Shown: positions 40,599 to 50,698, numbered from the stretch's first letter. The stretch: 64,000 nucleotides of DNA from a candidate division FCPU426 bacterium (GCA_963796105.1 CAWCKJ010000010.1:1-64000), one strand, 5' to 3'. Notes: generated by a model from the sequence alone, not told the origin. Made by a program: numbers and translations.

Positions 40599-41168
40599 AT
40601 GGCCATGGGTATTGTGCTAGTGGTTTTGTTTTTCATTTTAGGAATCGTCGTTCTTTTGGCGCTTTATTTCATCTCGGTCTACAACCATTTGGTTCGTTAC
40701 AGGGTGGAGGTGGACGACTCCTGGAGCCAAATCGACGTCCAACTTAAACGACGGCACGATCTCATCCCCAATCTCGTGGAAACAGTCAAGGGGGTCATGG
40801 ATTTCGAGAAGAACACCCTCACCCAGGTCATGCAGGCACGCGCCAGCGCCATGGGCGCCTCCAACATGGCCGACCGAATGAAGGCGGAAAGCGACATCAC
40901 CAACGGCATGGGGCGGCTCCTGGCCGTCTGGGAAAATTATCCCGCCCTGAAATCCAACGAGAACGCCAAACAGCTCCAGGAGGAGCTCACCTCCACCGAG
41001 AACAAGATCGCCTATTCCCGGGGCCATTACAACGACGTGGTGGCCAATTTCAACACGATCGCCCAGCAGTTCCCGTCCAATCTCATCGCGGGTCCTTTTC
41101 ATTTCCAACCCAGGGAATTCCTGAAGGCGGCCGACTCGGATAAGGAAGTCCCGCAAGTCAAACTCTGA
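40599..41168 (+). CDS. lemA: LemA family protein
   Basis: WSQIDVQLKRRHDLIPNLVETVKG, ENYPALKSN, LQEELTSTENKIAYSR, FPSNLIA. Confidence 0.95.
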   Translation: MAMGIVLVVLFFILGIVVLLALYFISVYNHLVRYRVEVDDSWSQIDVQLKRRHDLIPNLVETVKGVMDFEKNTLTQVMQARASAMGASNMADRMKAESDITNGMGRLLAVWENYPALKSNENAKQLQEELTSTENKIAYSRGHYNDVVANFNTIAQQFPSNLIAGPFHFQPREFLKAADSDKEVPQVKL

Positions 41169-41213
41169 TTCCGACCGGAAGCTTTATAACGCCCGATCAG
41201 GACCGAGGCAGGG

Positions 41214-42902
41214 ATGTTTTATTCTTTACCCGCTGAAACAGTTTTCGAGGCCAAACAGCGCACTAAAAGAGCGACTTTTCTCCTCTTTTTTCTTTTGATC
41301 GTTCTTTATGTTTTCTTCGCGGATTTGATGGCCCTTTCCGTATATTTAATGCTCAAGCTCAGGTTCACCGCGAGAATCGGCTCGGATCTTCCCGGGATCA
41401 TGATCTTCACGACTTTGACCGCGGCCGTGGTCGCCGCAGGCCATTTCATGTATGTCCGCAACAAATCGCTCGAGGATATGCTTTCTCAAATCCAGGCCCG
41501 GCCCGCGGATCCCGGCGATACTTACCACGACCAATTCATCCATATCGTGGCGGAGGCAGGGGCCGCCACCGGCATCCGAGGTATTCAGCCCGTGGTGCTT
41601 TCCACGCCCGGGTGCAACGCCTTTTCCTTGCAGGATTCCCGGGGCGGTTCAGCCATCGGAGCCACCGAGGGGCTCTTGTCCAAGCTGACCCGCGGGGAGC
41701 TTTCGGCCGTCGTCGCGCACGAGGCCGCGCACCTTCTGCATGAGGACACGAAACTCGTGACAACCGCCAGCTTCTTGTTCAGTGTTTTCGGGGACATCCA
41801 TTCGGCCCTGGGGCGGATTCTTTCCTCAGGGACTTCCGCGCGGATAGCCGACTACGGGAATTCCTATGGAAAGCGCATTGGGGGTGGAGGCGGTTCCCTG
41901 ATCATCCTGGTCCTTTGGCAGATTTCAGGTGTGGGCTACTTCTTGACCAGGCTCATCAGCATGGCTATATCCAGGGAAAGGGAATACCTAGCCGACGCGG
42001 ACGGGGTCCAGATGTGCAAGGACCCCCTATCCCTGGCGGAGGGGCTTTACAAGATTTCCCATCGGTACCGGGGGGACATGCCGGACACCTATTCCGCGGT
42101 TTTCATCATGGACCCGAACCAATCGGAATTAGCCGAGCAGGAAGGGTTATTGCCTGATCTTTTCAGCACCCACCCGCCAGTCTCCAAGCGCTTGACCAAG
42201 CTCCTGAATTGGGCGAAATCGGACGTGAAGACCCTTCAGGAAGCGGTGGAGCGGGAGGAAAAAGCCGCCCCGGCTCCGGGATCCCCCGTGGGAACCCCGC
42301 TCGGCGATAAAGAGCCGGCGTTCATGACATTCCAAAACAACCAGTGGATGGGGCCCTATACCCCCCTCCAGCTTCTGACCGCGGGTATCATCACGCCCTC
42401 CTCGTGGGTATGTCCGGCGGGAAGCCAGGAAGTGACCAAGGCCTCGGAAACAGCCGAGTTGCTCCCGCTATTTCAAAAACAGGTCCAGGGGGCTGTGACC
42501 CAGCAAGCCTGCCCCCGTTGCAAGGTTCCCCTGATGGAAATCCATATGGAAGGAGCGGAAGCGGAACAATGCAGTTACTGCAAGGGCCATCTCTTAAAGG
42601 GCGGAGTCTTGGAAAGGCTCATCACCCGGGAGGAAATAACCTTTCTTCCCGAGGATATTCGGAAGGCCCGGATTTGGCGGGACGTCCAAAAAGGGCCCCT
42701 CAAGGACCGGGACCCATTTCCGGATATCCAGTGCCCATTTTGCGAAAGTCCCATGGGAAGGAGCATCCACTCCATCCTGACCCAGGTGGTCATTAACCAT
42801 TGTTCGGACGATCAATGCGGAGCAATCTGGTGCGACGGGGGGGAACTGGAAACCATCCTTATGCTCATCCAAGATGCACACAGCGGCGCCGGGAAAGTGT
42901 AA
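41214..42902 (+). CDS. HtpX-like M48 zinc metalloprotease with C-terminal zinc-ribbon domains
   Basis: NAF, AHEAAH, SREREYLAD, FSTHPP; C-terminal CPRC..CSYC and CPFC..CSDDQC. Confidence 0.85.
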   Translation: MFYSLPAETVFEAKQRTKRATFLLFFLLIVLYVFFADLMALSVYLMLKLRFTARIGSDLPGIMIFTTLTAAVVAAGHFMYVRNKSLEDMLSQIQARPADPGDTYHDQFIHIVAEAGAATGIRGIQPVVLSTPGCNAFSLQDSRGGSAIGATEGLLSKLTRGELSAVVAHEAAHLLHEDTKLVTTASFLFSVFGDIHSALGRILSSGTSARIADYGNSYGKRIGGGGGSLIILVLWQISGVGYFLTRLISMAISREREYLADADGVQMCKDPLSLAEGLYKISHRYRGDMPDTYSAVFIMDPNQSELAEQEGLLPDLFSTHPPVSKRLTKLLNWAKSDVKTLQEAVEREEKAAPAPGSPVGTPLGDKEPAFMTFQNNQWMGPYTPLQLLTAGIITPSSWVCPAGSQEVTKASETAELLPLFQKQVQGAVTQQACPRCKVPLMEIHMEGAEAEQCSYCKGHLLKGGVLERLITREEITFLPEDIRKARIWRDVQKGPLKDRDPFPDIQCPFCESPMGRSIHSILTQVVINHCSDDQCGAIWCDGGELETILMLIQDAHSGAGKV

Positions 42903-42964
42903 AATAAGACTGGCCTAGATTTAGATATGAAATACAGAGCAAGACATGGATTGAAAGGAAGCGT

Positions 42965-43342
42965 ATGCCGGAAGCTTATTTGGAAAACGAGAAGCGCGTC
43001 GATCCCCGGTTCGCCGTGAGAATTCCCATCCTCTTCAGGGAAATGGACAATAAGGACGAAATCAGGAGCCTCCTGGACCCCTATAAGAAGGAAAGAAAAG
43101 CCCACACGGTAAATGTCAGCATCAGCGGGATGTGCCTGGTCGCGGGGATGGCGCTCAAGATCGGGACCGTCTTGAGCCTTGAGATATTGCTTCCCGGCTC
43201 TATGAAAATGCTGAAAGCGGTGGCCGAGGTGGTATGGTCGAAAGAGGCGAGCGCGGGAATCCGTTTCCTGGCCATGAAGGAAAACGACATGGTCTCCTTC
43301 AAGGCTTACCTCGACGAGGTTTCCTCCGGAAGCAACCCATAA
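42965..43342 (+). CDS. Stand-alone PilZ-domain protein
   Basis: EKRVDPRF (RxxxR), NVSISGM, AEVVW, GIRF. Confidence 0.85.
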   Translation: MPEAYLENEKRVDPRFAVRIPILFREMDNKDEIRSLLDPYKKERKAHTVNVSISGMCLVAGMALKIGTVLSLEILLPGSMKMLKAVAEVVWSKEASAGIRFLAMKENDMVSFKAYLDEVSSGSNP

Positions 43343-43374
43343 TATTAAGCCGGCATGAAAGACACCCAAATTAA

Positions 43375-44103
43375 ATGAGCGTGATTTTTTACACCTTCTC
43401 CATCTCCTTGTTTGACAGTCTCTCTACCACCCTTCAAATCATTATCTTCGTCCTCCTGCTCACAACCACTCATCCGATCCGAAACGCCCTTTTTTATCTG
43501 GCCGGGTTGAGCGGGGCCTATTATTTTTGCGGCTTCGCCGGATACTTCGCGCTGGATGATTTGCGGCTGTTCCTGAAACAGTTTTTCCCGTCCATGGATT
43601 CCATATCCAATCCGCTTTATTACCAATCGGAATTATTGACGGGCGTGGTCATGGTCGCCATCGGGATTTGGTATTACTTCAGGAAGAAAAAGGCCCCGCA
43701 GGGCAGGGCTGAAAACATGATTATCTCGAGACTCAAGACTATGAACAGCCTCTTCGCCTTTGTGGCCGGCGCTTTCATATCGATTACGTCTTTTCCTGTT
43801 TCCATCCCCTATTTGATAGCCTTGGGCAAGTACTCGACGCTTCAACTGGAGCTTCCGGCGTTGTGCGGGTACATCCTGCTTTATAACATCGGCTACGCCT
43901 TGCCCATGGTCCTCATCTTGGCCATTTACTTGGTCGCCCGCAGGAATACCGATGACTATCACGACGCCTTGCATGAGAAAGCCAGGATGCTGAATGTCCA
44001 CCTCACGACCTGGACCTTCATTGGCTTCGGGATCTTTTCCATGATTGACGCAGGGTGCTACTTCACGTTGGGCCATGCCTTGGTCAAAGGAAGGTATTTT
44101 TAA
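43375..44103 (+). CDS. GAP/Sap-like (LysE superfamily) membrane protein
   Basis: About 6 TM; DSLS near N-terminus, SIPYL, LLYNIGYALP. Confidence 0.65.
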   Translation: MSVIFYTFSISLFDSLSTTLQIIIFVLLLTTTHPIRNALFYLAGLSGAYYFCGFAGYFALDDLRLFLKQFFPSMDSISNPLYYQSELLTGVVMVAIGIWYYFRKKKAPQGRAENMIISRLKTMNSLFAFVAGAFISITSFPVSIPYLIALGKYSTLQLELPALCGYILLYNIGYALPMVLILAIYLVARRNTDDYHDALHEKARMLNVHLTTWTFIGFGIFSMIDAGCYFTLGHALVKGRYF

Positions 44104-44141
44104 TAATCTGATTGTTTTTATATCGAGGATAGGAGTTGCGG

Positions 44142-44570
44142 ATGAACAGCCAGTGGGTTTTCATTTCTTTGACGACCATTTTTTACGGACTATTTAATAT
44201 TTTCACCCGGGCCGCGGGACCTAAAATCGGCGGAATCCTGGGGCCCTTGCTTTTGGAGGGTTTCGCGACGGCGCTTCTTTTGATGTTTTTTCTATGGAGG
44301 AGATTCAACGGGTCGGTGGAATCGGCGACTTCGCTGGGAGTCGCCTTTTCCATGGCCGCCGGGTTTTGCGCCGCCGCGGGTTCCGTGGCTTTTTTCATCG
44401 TCTTCTCGAGGGGCGGACAGCTTTCGGTGGCAGGCTCCTTCGTCCTCATTGGAAGCACCTTGCTGACGATCCTGGGAGGGTTTTTCTTCTTCAAGGAACC
44501 GCTTTCATCCACCCGCGCCGCCGGGATCCTTTTGGGGTTGATCAGCCTCTTTCTTTTGCGGATGGAGTAA
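44142..44570 (+). CDS. EamA/DMT small transporter
   Basis: 5 TM, GFFFFKEPLS..RAAGILLG. Confidence 0.8.
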   Translation: MNSQWVFISLTTIFYGLFNIFTRAAGPKIGGILGPLLLEGFATALLLMFFLWRRFNGSVESATSLGVAFSMAAGFCAAAGSVAFFIVFSRGGQLSVAGSFVLIGSTLLTILGGFFFFKEPLSSTRAAGILLGLISLFLLRME

Positions 44571-44643
44571 TCGAATTGGGTATTATGATTGACCGGGATT
44601 TTGTATAAAATTAACTTATTGGATGAGAGGGATGGTAAGAAAA

Positions 44644-45342
44644 ATGATCAGCATAAAAAACACATGGGTTTTGTTGACCGGCGCCAGCCGGGGCGTGGGA
44701 GTGAGAGTCGCCAGGGCTTTGGCGGATCAAGGCTGTAAATTGATTTTGCAAAGCAGGAATTTAGAGGGCACGAAAAAATTGGTGGAGGAACTGAAGGCCA
44801 AGGGAGTCGAGGCTTATTCGATCGCGGCGGAGTTGTCCGACCTGAGGCAAGTGGAGCGTTTAATCGCCGAGGCCCGGCGCCTGTCGGGGGACCATATCGA
44901 CATTCTTTATAACAACGCGGCGATCATGGCGAAATATCACGAAGATAAATACGGGGCCACCGCTGATGAATATGTCATGAGTTTCCTGGTGAACGTGACC
45001 GTGCCAGCCCTGATCTGCAACGCCTTTATCCCCAAAATGGTAGAGAGGGGCTGGGGCCGTATCGTGAATGTGACTTCCGGTATCGCCGATCAGCCGCAGT
45101 TGATGCCCTATAGCTGTTCCAAGGCCGCGCTGGACCGCTATGTGCGGGATCTTGTCACGACCCTCGCTGGGACGGGCGTGCTCATCAATTTAATGGACCC
45201 GGGATGGCTCAGAACCGACTTGGGGGGGCCGCAAGCTCCGAATGATCCTGATCGGGTTTTGCCGGGGGCCCTTGTGCCGGTACTATTGGAAGAGAAGGAA
45301 GGTAGCGGAAAACTTTACCGCGCCATGGATTATGCCAAGTGA
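44644..45342 (+). CDS. SDR oxidoreductase
   Basis: TGASRGVG, NNAA, YSCSK, DPGWLRTDLG; start could be 44623. Confidence 0.9.
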   Translation: MISIKNTWVLLTGASRGVGVRVARALADQGCKLILQSRNLEGTKKLVEELKAKGVEAYSIAAELSDLRQVERLIAEARRLSGDHIDILYNNAAIMAKYHEDKYGATADEYVMSFLVNVTVPALICNAFIPKMVERGWGRIVNVTSGIADQPQLMPYSCSKAALDRYVRDLVTTLAGTGVLINLMDPGWLRTDLGGPQAPNDPDRVLPGALVPVLLEEKEGSGKLYRAMDYAK

Positions 45343-45385
45343 GCTGTGAGTTTAGCGGACGCAATATTTTGAACAGGAGAAACAC

Positions 45386-47503
45386 ATGAGAAAAATTTTT
45401 GGATTGATGGCGGTACTCTTATTCCTTTCACCCGCGGTTTTCGCGGCGGTGGTGGAGGATTGGACCGGGGTGCAAGCGGCGAATACCGGCACCTATATGG
45501 ACAGCAACGGCTCCAAGATCGATTTTGCCGTGGACGCGGGGCCCAAGAGCGGGCAGAAGGCCCTGAAACTGACCTCCAATCTCATGCAGAGTGGCTATTG
45601 CGGCATCTGGCACAATTTCATGGCGGACCTGTCAAAAGGGGCGAATTTGAAGTTCATGGCCAAGTCCACGCTACCGGGAGACATCCAAGTCGCTTTGAAG
45701 GACGCCTATAACGTTCAGTACATCGCCAAGGCGCAGGTCAGCACGGATTGGGCGGAAATCTCCATCCCGCTGGCCAGTTTCCGCAAGGACCCCTATTACA
45801 CCCCTCCTGACGCCATTACGGGACATTTGATGGACCTTAGCAAAACTTCTGGGATGAATTTCGCCCCTCAAATGGCGGGGGCGGCGGTGCTTTTGTTCGG
45901 GCAGGTCGAGACGGACGGGACGGCCGCGGCCGCCTCAAGCGCCCCAGCACCCGTGACCGTAACCAAGGATCTCGAGTTTGTCGTGATGCCGGACCAAGTG
46001 CTCGGGCCCATCAGCCCCTATATCTACGGCCTGAACAGTCAGGATCCAACAGGCATGAACGCGACCGTCCGCAGGCTGGGCGGCAACCGCATGACTGGAT
46101 ACAACTGGACCAACAACTACTCCAACGCCGGGACCGATTGGAAGAACTCCAGCGACGATTGGCTCTGCGTCTCTCCGGTTAAATACGCCGATTGCGACCA
46201 GCCTGGCGCTCTTTACCGGCATTTCGTGGAGGACAACCAGAAAGCGGGGCTGGAATCGCTCGTCACGATCCAGATGGCGGGCTACGTGTCCGCCGATAAG
46301 AAGGGCGAGGTATTGAAGGAGGAGACGGCCCCGAGTCCCCGCTGGGCCAAATTGGAGTTCGCGAAAAAAGAAGACTACACCCTGACACCCAGTCCGGACA
46401 GCAAGGTCGTCTATGACGACGAGTTTGTCAACTACCTGGTCCAGACCTTCAAGTCGGCCTCCAAGGGTGGCATCAAATTCTACGACCTCGACAACGAGCC
46501 CGCCCTTTGGTGCGGCAAGCACCTCCGCATCCACCCGGACAAGCTCACCTATCCCGAGATCTTTGATAAGTCGGTCCAACTAGCCCATGCCATCCTCAAG
46601 GTGGATCCTACAGCCATGATCTTCGGGCCGGTGGCATATGGTTGGCAGGAGTTCCTCAGCCTCCAGGAATCGCCGGACTACGTGGAAATGAACAAGACCT
46701 ATGGTTCCTACCTCGATTACTACCTGGCCCAGTTCCAAGCGCAGGAAAAGAAGGACGGCCAAAGATTATTGCACGTGCTCGACCTCCATTGGTACCCAGA
46801 AGCCCAGGGCGGGGGAATGCGCATCACGGAGAATGATGTCACATCCGATTCCATCGATGCCAGGGTCCAAGCGCCCCGTAGTCTTTGGGACCCCGATTAC
46901 ATCGAGAAAAGCTGGATCACCCAGTGGTCCACGCACAACAAGCCCATCCGCCTCATTCCCTGGGTCCAGGAGAAGATCGACAAAAATTATCCCGGGACGA
47001 AGCTTTCTTTCTCGGAGTATGACTACGGGGGAGGAAACCATATCTCCGGCGGGATCGCCCAGGCGGACGTGCTGGGGATTTTTGGAAAAACAGGGGTTTA
47101 TATGTCGAACTACTGGGGGGACCTGAATCCCTATAACAAGGCGGCTTTCAAGCTCTACCGCAATTACGACGGCAAAAACGCGGCCTTCGGCGGAACCTCC
47201 GTCTCAGCCACGGCAGGGGATGTGGCTTTGGCCTCCATCTACGCCGCGACAGACCCCTCCCAGCCCGGTACCCTCTGGCTGGTGGTCCTGAACAAAAGCC
47301 AAAAGGACTCCATCCATGGAAAGTTCAAGTTCCAAGGAAAAGACGCCCACAAGAAATATGTCTGTTACGGGTTCGACGGCAAGTCATCGGAGGTCCAGAA
47401 GATCAAGGAAGGGGGGATCGACAAGGACCATTTTGAGTATTCCCTCGCACCCCTATCCGCCACCTTGTTCGTATGTAAGGGAGAGAATAAAACTCAAAAG
47501 TAG
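45386..47503 (+). CDS. Secreted GH44 endoglucanase/xyloglucanase with N-terminal CBM11/CIA30-like domain
   Basis: ISPYIYGLN, RLGGNRMTGYNW, LDNEPALW, LDLHWYPEA, SFSEYDYGG, GGIAQADVLG. Confidence 0.9.
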   Translation: MRKIFGLMAVLLFLSPAVFAAVVEDWTGVQAANTGTYMDSNGSKIDFAVDAGPKSGQKALKLTSNLMQSGYCGIWHNFMADLSKGANLKFMAKSTLPGDIQVALKDAYNVQYIAKAQVSTDWAEISIPLASFRKDPYYTPPDAITGHLMDLSKTSGMNFAPQMAGAAVLLFGQVETDGTAAAASSAPAPVTVTKDLEFVVMPDQVLGPISPYIYGLNSQDPTGMNATVRRLGGNRMTGYNWTNNYSNAGTDWKNSSDDWLCVSPVKYADCDQPGALYRHFVEDNQKAGLESLVTIQMAGYVSADKKGEVLKEETAPSPRWAKLEFAKKEDYTLTPSPDSKVVYDDEFVNYLVQTFKSASKGGIKFYDLDNEPALWCGKHLRIHPDKLTYPEIFDKSVQLAHAILKVDPTAMIFGPVAYGWQEFLSLQESPDYVEMNKTYGSYLDYYLAQFQAQEKKDGQRLLHVLDLHWYPEAQGGGMRITENDVTSDSIDARVQAPRSLWDPDYIEKSWITQWSTHNKPIRLIPWVQEKIDKNYPGTKLSFSEYDYGGGNHISGGIAQADVLGIFGKTGVYMSNYWGDLNPYNKAAFKLYRNYDGKNAAFGGTSVSATAGDVALASIYAATDPSQPGTLWLVVLNKSQKDSIHGKFKFQGKDAHKKYVCYGFDGKSSEVQKIKEGGIDKDHFEYSLAPLSATLFVCKGENKTQK
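47053..47500 (+). repeat. Direct repeat copy 1 (3' end of GH44 gene)
   Basis: Aligns ungapped with 48255..48702 (offset 1202), about 22 mismatches by manual count. Confidence 0.95.
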
Positions 47504-47588
47504 TGAACTGGCGACCCGAAAGGGCGCACCTTAACTGACTTCCAATGTGATTTTTGCGTTTTTTGGGTGTTAATATAGGGGCCTGACT

Positions 47589-47617
47589 TTGAATCTATTC
47601 TTTCGATGTAATATACT
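47589..47617 (+). promoter_or_regulatory. Sigma70-type promoter for hicBA
   Basis: TTGAAT - 17 bp - TATACT. Confidence 0.6.
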
Positions 47618-47650
47618 TTTAATGAAAACAATTGATTAAGGGGGCGCCAA

Positions 47651-47854
47651 ATGGATTTAAAAGTCCTGCTGGAACCAAGTGAAGAAGGTGGTTATACGGC
47701 TCTTGTTCCCGCTCTTCCAGGATGTATTTCTGAGGGTAAAACTAAAAGAGAGGCACTGAAAAATATCCGGGAAGCCATTAGTTTGTATTTGGAGCCGGTG
47801 GATGATGATTTGTTGGCCAGTCCAAACGCAATAATTGAAAAAATCGCCGTTTGA
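47651..47854 (+). CDS. hicB: HicB antitoxin (short form, no DNA-binding domain)
   Basis: EEGGYTALVPALPGCISEGKTKREALKNIREAI. Confidence 0.92.
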   Translation: MDLKVLLEPSEEGGYTALVPALPGCISEGKTKREALKNIREAISLYLEPVDDDLLASPNAIIEKIAV

Positions 47855-48081
47855 GCAAGGTTCCTAGTCTTCCTTATCATCGTATTGTTTCATCCCTCCA
47901 AAGATTGGGTTTTGTCGTGGTGCGTCAAAAGGGAAGCCATATCAGGCTGCAGAGATCAACCCCTGATGGGGAAGTCATCAAAATCACAGTGCCTGCCCAC
48001 CAACCTGTTTTGAGATCTACCTTGGCGCACATCCTAAAACAAGCGAAAGTTGGACTTGAGGATTTTTTAAACCACATTTAA
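47851..48081 (+). CDS. hicA: HicA toxin
   Basis: LGFVVVRQKGSHIRL, TVPAH, TLAHILKQA; TTGA overlap with hicB. Confidence 0.92.
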   Translation: MSKVPSLPYHRIVSSLQRLGFVVVRQKGSHIRLQRSTPDGEVIKITVPAHQPVLRSTLAHILKQAKVGLEDFLNHI

Positions 48082-48139
48082 GACCGCTTGGACAGTCCGC
48101 CAAGGCTGGTCACCCGATGCTTGCGCTAAGGGGGCGGAT

Positions 48140-48254
48140 ATGGGAATCAAATTTTCCGGGGATATCAGGCCGGTGACCGATTTGAAGCGAAACACCCGCA
48201 GTCTATTAGACCAAATCCATAGAACCTGCCGTCCGGTTGTGTTAAGGATGATAA
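48140..48254 (+). pseudogene. Truncated Phd/YefM-type antitoxin
   Basis: FSGDIRPVTDLKRNTRSLLDQIHRTCRPVVL, then joined to the GH44 duplicate. Confidence 0.7.
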
Positions 48255-48708
48255 GATCGCCCAGGCGGACGTGCTGGGGATTTTTGGAAAAACAGGGGTT
48301 TATATGTCGAACTATTGGGGAGACCTGAACCCCTATAACAAGGCGGCTTTCAAGCTCTACCGCAATTACGACGGGAAAAACGCGACCATCGGCGGAACCT
48401 CCGTCTCAGCCACGGCCGGGGATGTGGCTTTGGCCTCCATCTACGCCGCGACAGACCCCTCCCAGCCAGACACCCTTTGGCTGGTGGTCCTGAACAAGAG
48501 CCAAAAGGACTCTATCCACGGAAAGTTCAAGTTCCAAGGAAAAGACGCCTACAAGAAATATGTCTGTTACGGGTTCGACGGCAAATCACCGGAGGTCCAG
48601 AAGATCAAGGAAGGTGGGATCGACAAGGACCATTTTGAGTATTCCCTCGCGCCCCTATCCGCCACCTTGTTTGTTTGTAAGGGAGAGAATAAACCTCAAA
48701 AGAAATAA
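48255..48708 (+). pseudogene. Duplicated 3' fragment of the GH44 gene (direct repeat copy 2)
   Basis: Near-identical to 47053..47500; lacks signal peptide and both catalytic motifs. Confidence 0.9.
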
Positions 48709-48917
48709 ATCTATGCGGTGAGGTCTTAACCCAAACGGGGTGGGTTAACTTTGAAAAAGTTATTTGAAAAGTACTTTGCATTGCAAAGTAACTGTAGTTT
48801 CAATCAAAAACACAAATAACCCGAGAATAAATATGTACTGTTATCCGTAAAAATCCGTATTATTCCCGGAATAAACCGAATCATCCAATCGCATCTTTTG
48901 TTATTATTGTTTAATCA

Positions 48918-49772
48918 ATGGAAAATAAATTCAAAACTTTTATCAACAAAAACTTTGGAATTGGTTTAGCCATTGTGATTGCCACTTCAATATTTTGGGG
49001 TCCTGTAAATTAAAATTTTTCTAAAAATTTAGAGGCAAACCAAAGTTCTCAAGATGAGTTTAGCAGGGGTTTTATATTTCGTTTCAAGAACGAACCTCTG
49101 GAAAAAATAAAACCTCTTTTCGCCCCTGATATTCGTAATCAATTCATCAACCTTTACCCCAAGATGACCGATATCTTGAATAAAATGGGTGAAATCCAAT
49201 CCGTCCACTTGACCGAAAACGAAGATGTCAAAGATAAGTCGGGCCGAGTTCTCGGAAAAGGCCTGAGATATTATGCGGATTTTAAAAAAGGCTCAATCAT
49301 CATCCAAGTTGTAACAGCCCCTCATGGGGAAAGTTTTCAAGTCAATGGAATGTATTTCAATGGGGCTAAGTATAGATATGATGAAATATTTCCATTTCAT
49401 TTCACGAACCGCAATTGGTTGCAATACGTTTTTCTTTTCTTTGCTTATGGTCTTTTTCTTTTTTGTGCGATCACATTCATTAAATGCCTGCAGAATGAGA
49501 TGATCGGAGGATGGGAAAAAGCATTTTGGTTAGTAGCTATTTTATTTGGGTCCATCAATTTAAACATGTTTTGGCTACCGCCATCGCAAGGTTATTTTTC
49601 AGTGGGTGACAATACCGACACGGCATTAAATATCAAGTTTTTAATCTTATTCCCTTCGGGAATTGTAAAAGTTGGTCTTTATAACCCATGGAGGGTTTGG
49701 ATTTCAATTCCTATTGGATTAATGGCGTATAATTCGAAAAATATTTTCCGAAAAGAGCCGAGCAATAAATAG
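48918..49772 (+). pseudogene. Hypothetical membrane protein with in-frame TAA at 49011
   Basis: ATG 48918 is in frame with ORF 49164..49772; one TAA after a TM-like segment; AT-rich. Confidence 0.55.
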
Positions 49773-49884
49773 AGACCCAGAATGAGCATTGGAAAAGGGG
49801 TCTGATCCCTTTATTGTGGCACCTAGTAATTTGCCAGCTCGTTAATCCTCATGCCCAGGCTGCAATAACAAATAGTTGTTTTCA

Positions 49885-49910
49885 CGCAACCTTTTTGGGC
49901 TTGGCGCGTA
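49885..49910 (+). promoter_or_regulatory. Candidate ECF-sigma promoter
   Basis: CGCAAC - 16 bp - CGTA, resembling the SigW-type AAC-N16-CGTA consensus, upstream of the lepB-ECF operon. Confidence 0.55.
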
Positions 49911-49951
49911 TTAACTTATAGCAACAAAACAATAAAGGCGGATTCAACCAA

Positions 49952-50698
49952 ATGGAAAACATGAATTATTACCTATACGCGGCGGCGGTGATTTTGACCC
50001 TGCTTGAGATTTGTTTTCGCTGGGCCATTCCGGCGGTCCGGCGGAATCCATCCTTGGGGGCATGGGTGGAAACGGTGGATTCCCTTTGGGTGGCTCTTCT
50101 GCTGGCCCTGGCCCTCAAAGCCGTCCTACTCCAGCCTTTTGTGATACCTTCCGGCTCTATGGAAGACACCCTAAAGATTGGGGATTATATCCTGGTGAAA
50201 AAATACGAGTACGGCTACTCGATTTGGAACAGCACCAAAAGGTTCCTTGAATTCAAAAAGCCCCAAAGAGGCGATATCGTGGTTTTCGTCTTTCCCAAGG
50301 ACCATACCAAAGATTTCGTCAAACGGTGCGTGGGGACACCGGGGGACATCCTGGCCTACAAGGACAAGGAGCTTTACGTGAACGGGGTGAAGCAAGTGGA
50401 GCCTTACGTACAGCATATCGATCCCCGGATCTTGAAAGCGGGGGACCCGCTCGAACCGGTTGGGGATGAGGAGTCGCCCACGGCGGATGGGCTCAGGAGC
50501 AGTCGGGATAATTTCGGGCCTGTCACGGTGGAAGCGGGCCATTATTTCATGATGGGGGATAACAGGGACAACAGCCTGGACTCCCGTTATTGGGGCCAAT
50601 TGGATGAGAAACTCGTCAAAGGGAAAGCTTGGATGATCTACTGGCACTCGAAAAACTTCCATCCCGAATTCAGCCGCATGTTTAAAATAGTCCATTAA
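49952..50698 (+). CDS. lepB: Signal peptidase I
   Basis: IPSGSMEDTL, DFVKRCVG, GDNRDNSLDSRYWG. Confidence 0.95.
   Translation: MENMNYYLYAAAVILTLLEICFRWAIPAVRRNPSLGAWVETVDSLWVALLLALALKAVLLQPFVIPSGSMEDTLKIGDYILVKKYEYGYSIWNSTKRFLEFKKPQRGDIVVFVFPKDHTKDFVKRCVGTPGDILAYKDKELYVNGVKQVEPYVQHIDPRILKAGDPLEPVGDEESPTADGLRSSRDNFGPVTVEAGHYFMMGDNRDNSLDSRYWGQLDEKLVKGKAWMIYWHSKNFHPEFSRMFKIVH

Noticed and set aside
48140..48328. Functional 62-aa protein
   Set aside because: Chimera of an antitoxin N-terminus and out-of-frame GH44 duplicate sequence
47053..48702. Diversity-generating retroelement (TR/VR pair)
   Set aside because: Mismatches are not adenine-specific and are mostly synonymous, the repeat is long, and no reverse transcriptase is in the window
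47504..49800. Integron cassette array
   Set aside because: TA genes and hairpins are present, but no convincing RYYYAAC...GTTRRRY attC sites and no integrase
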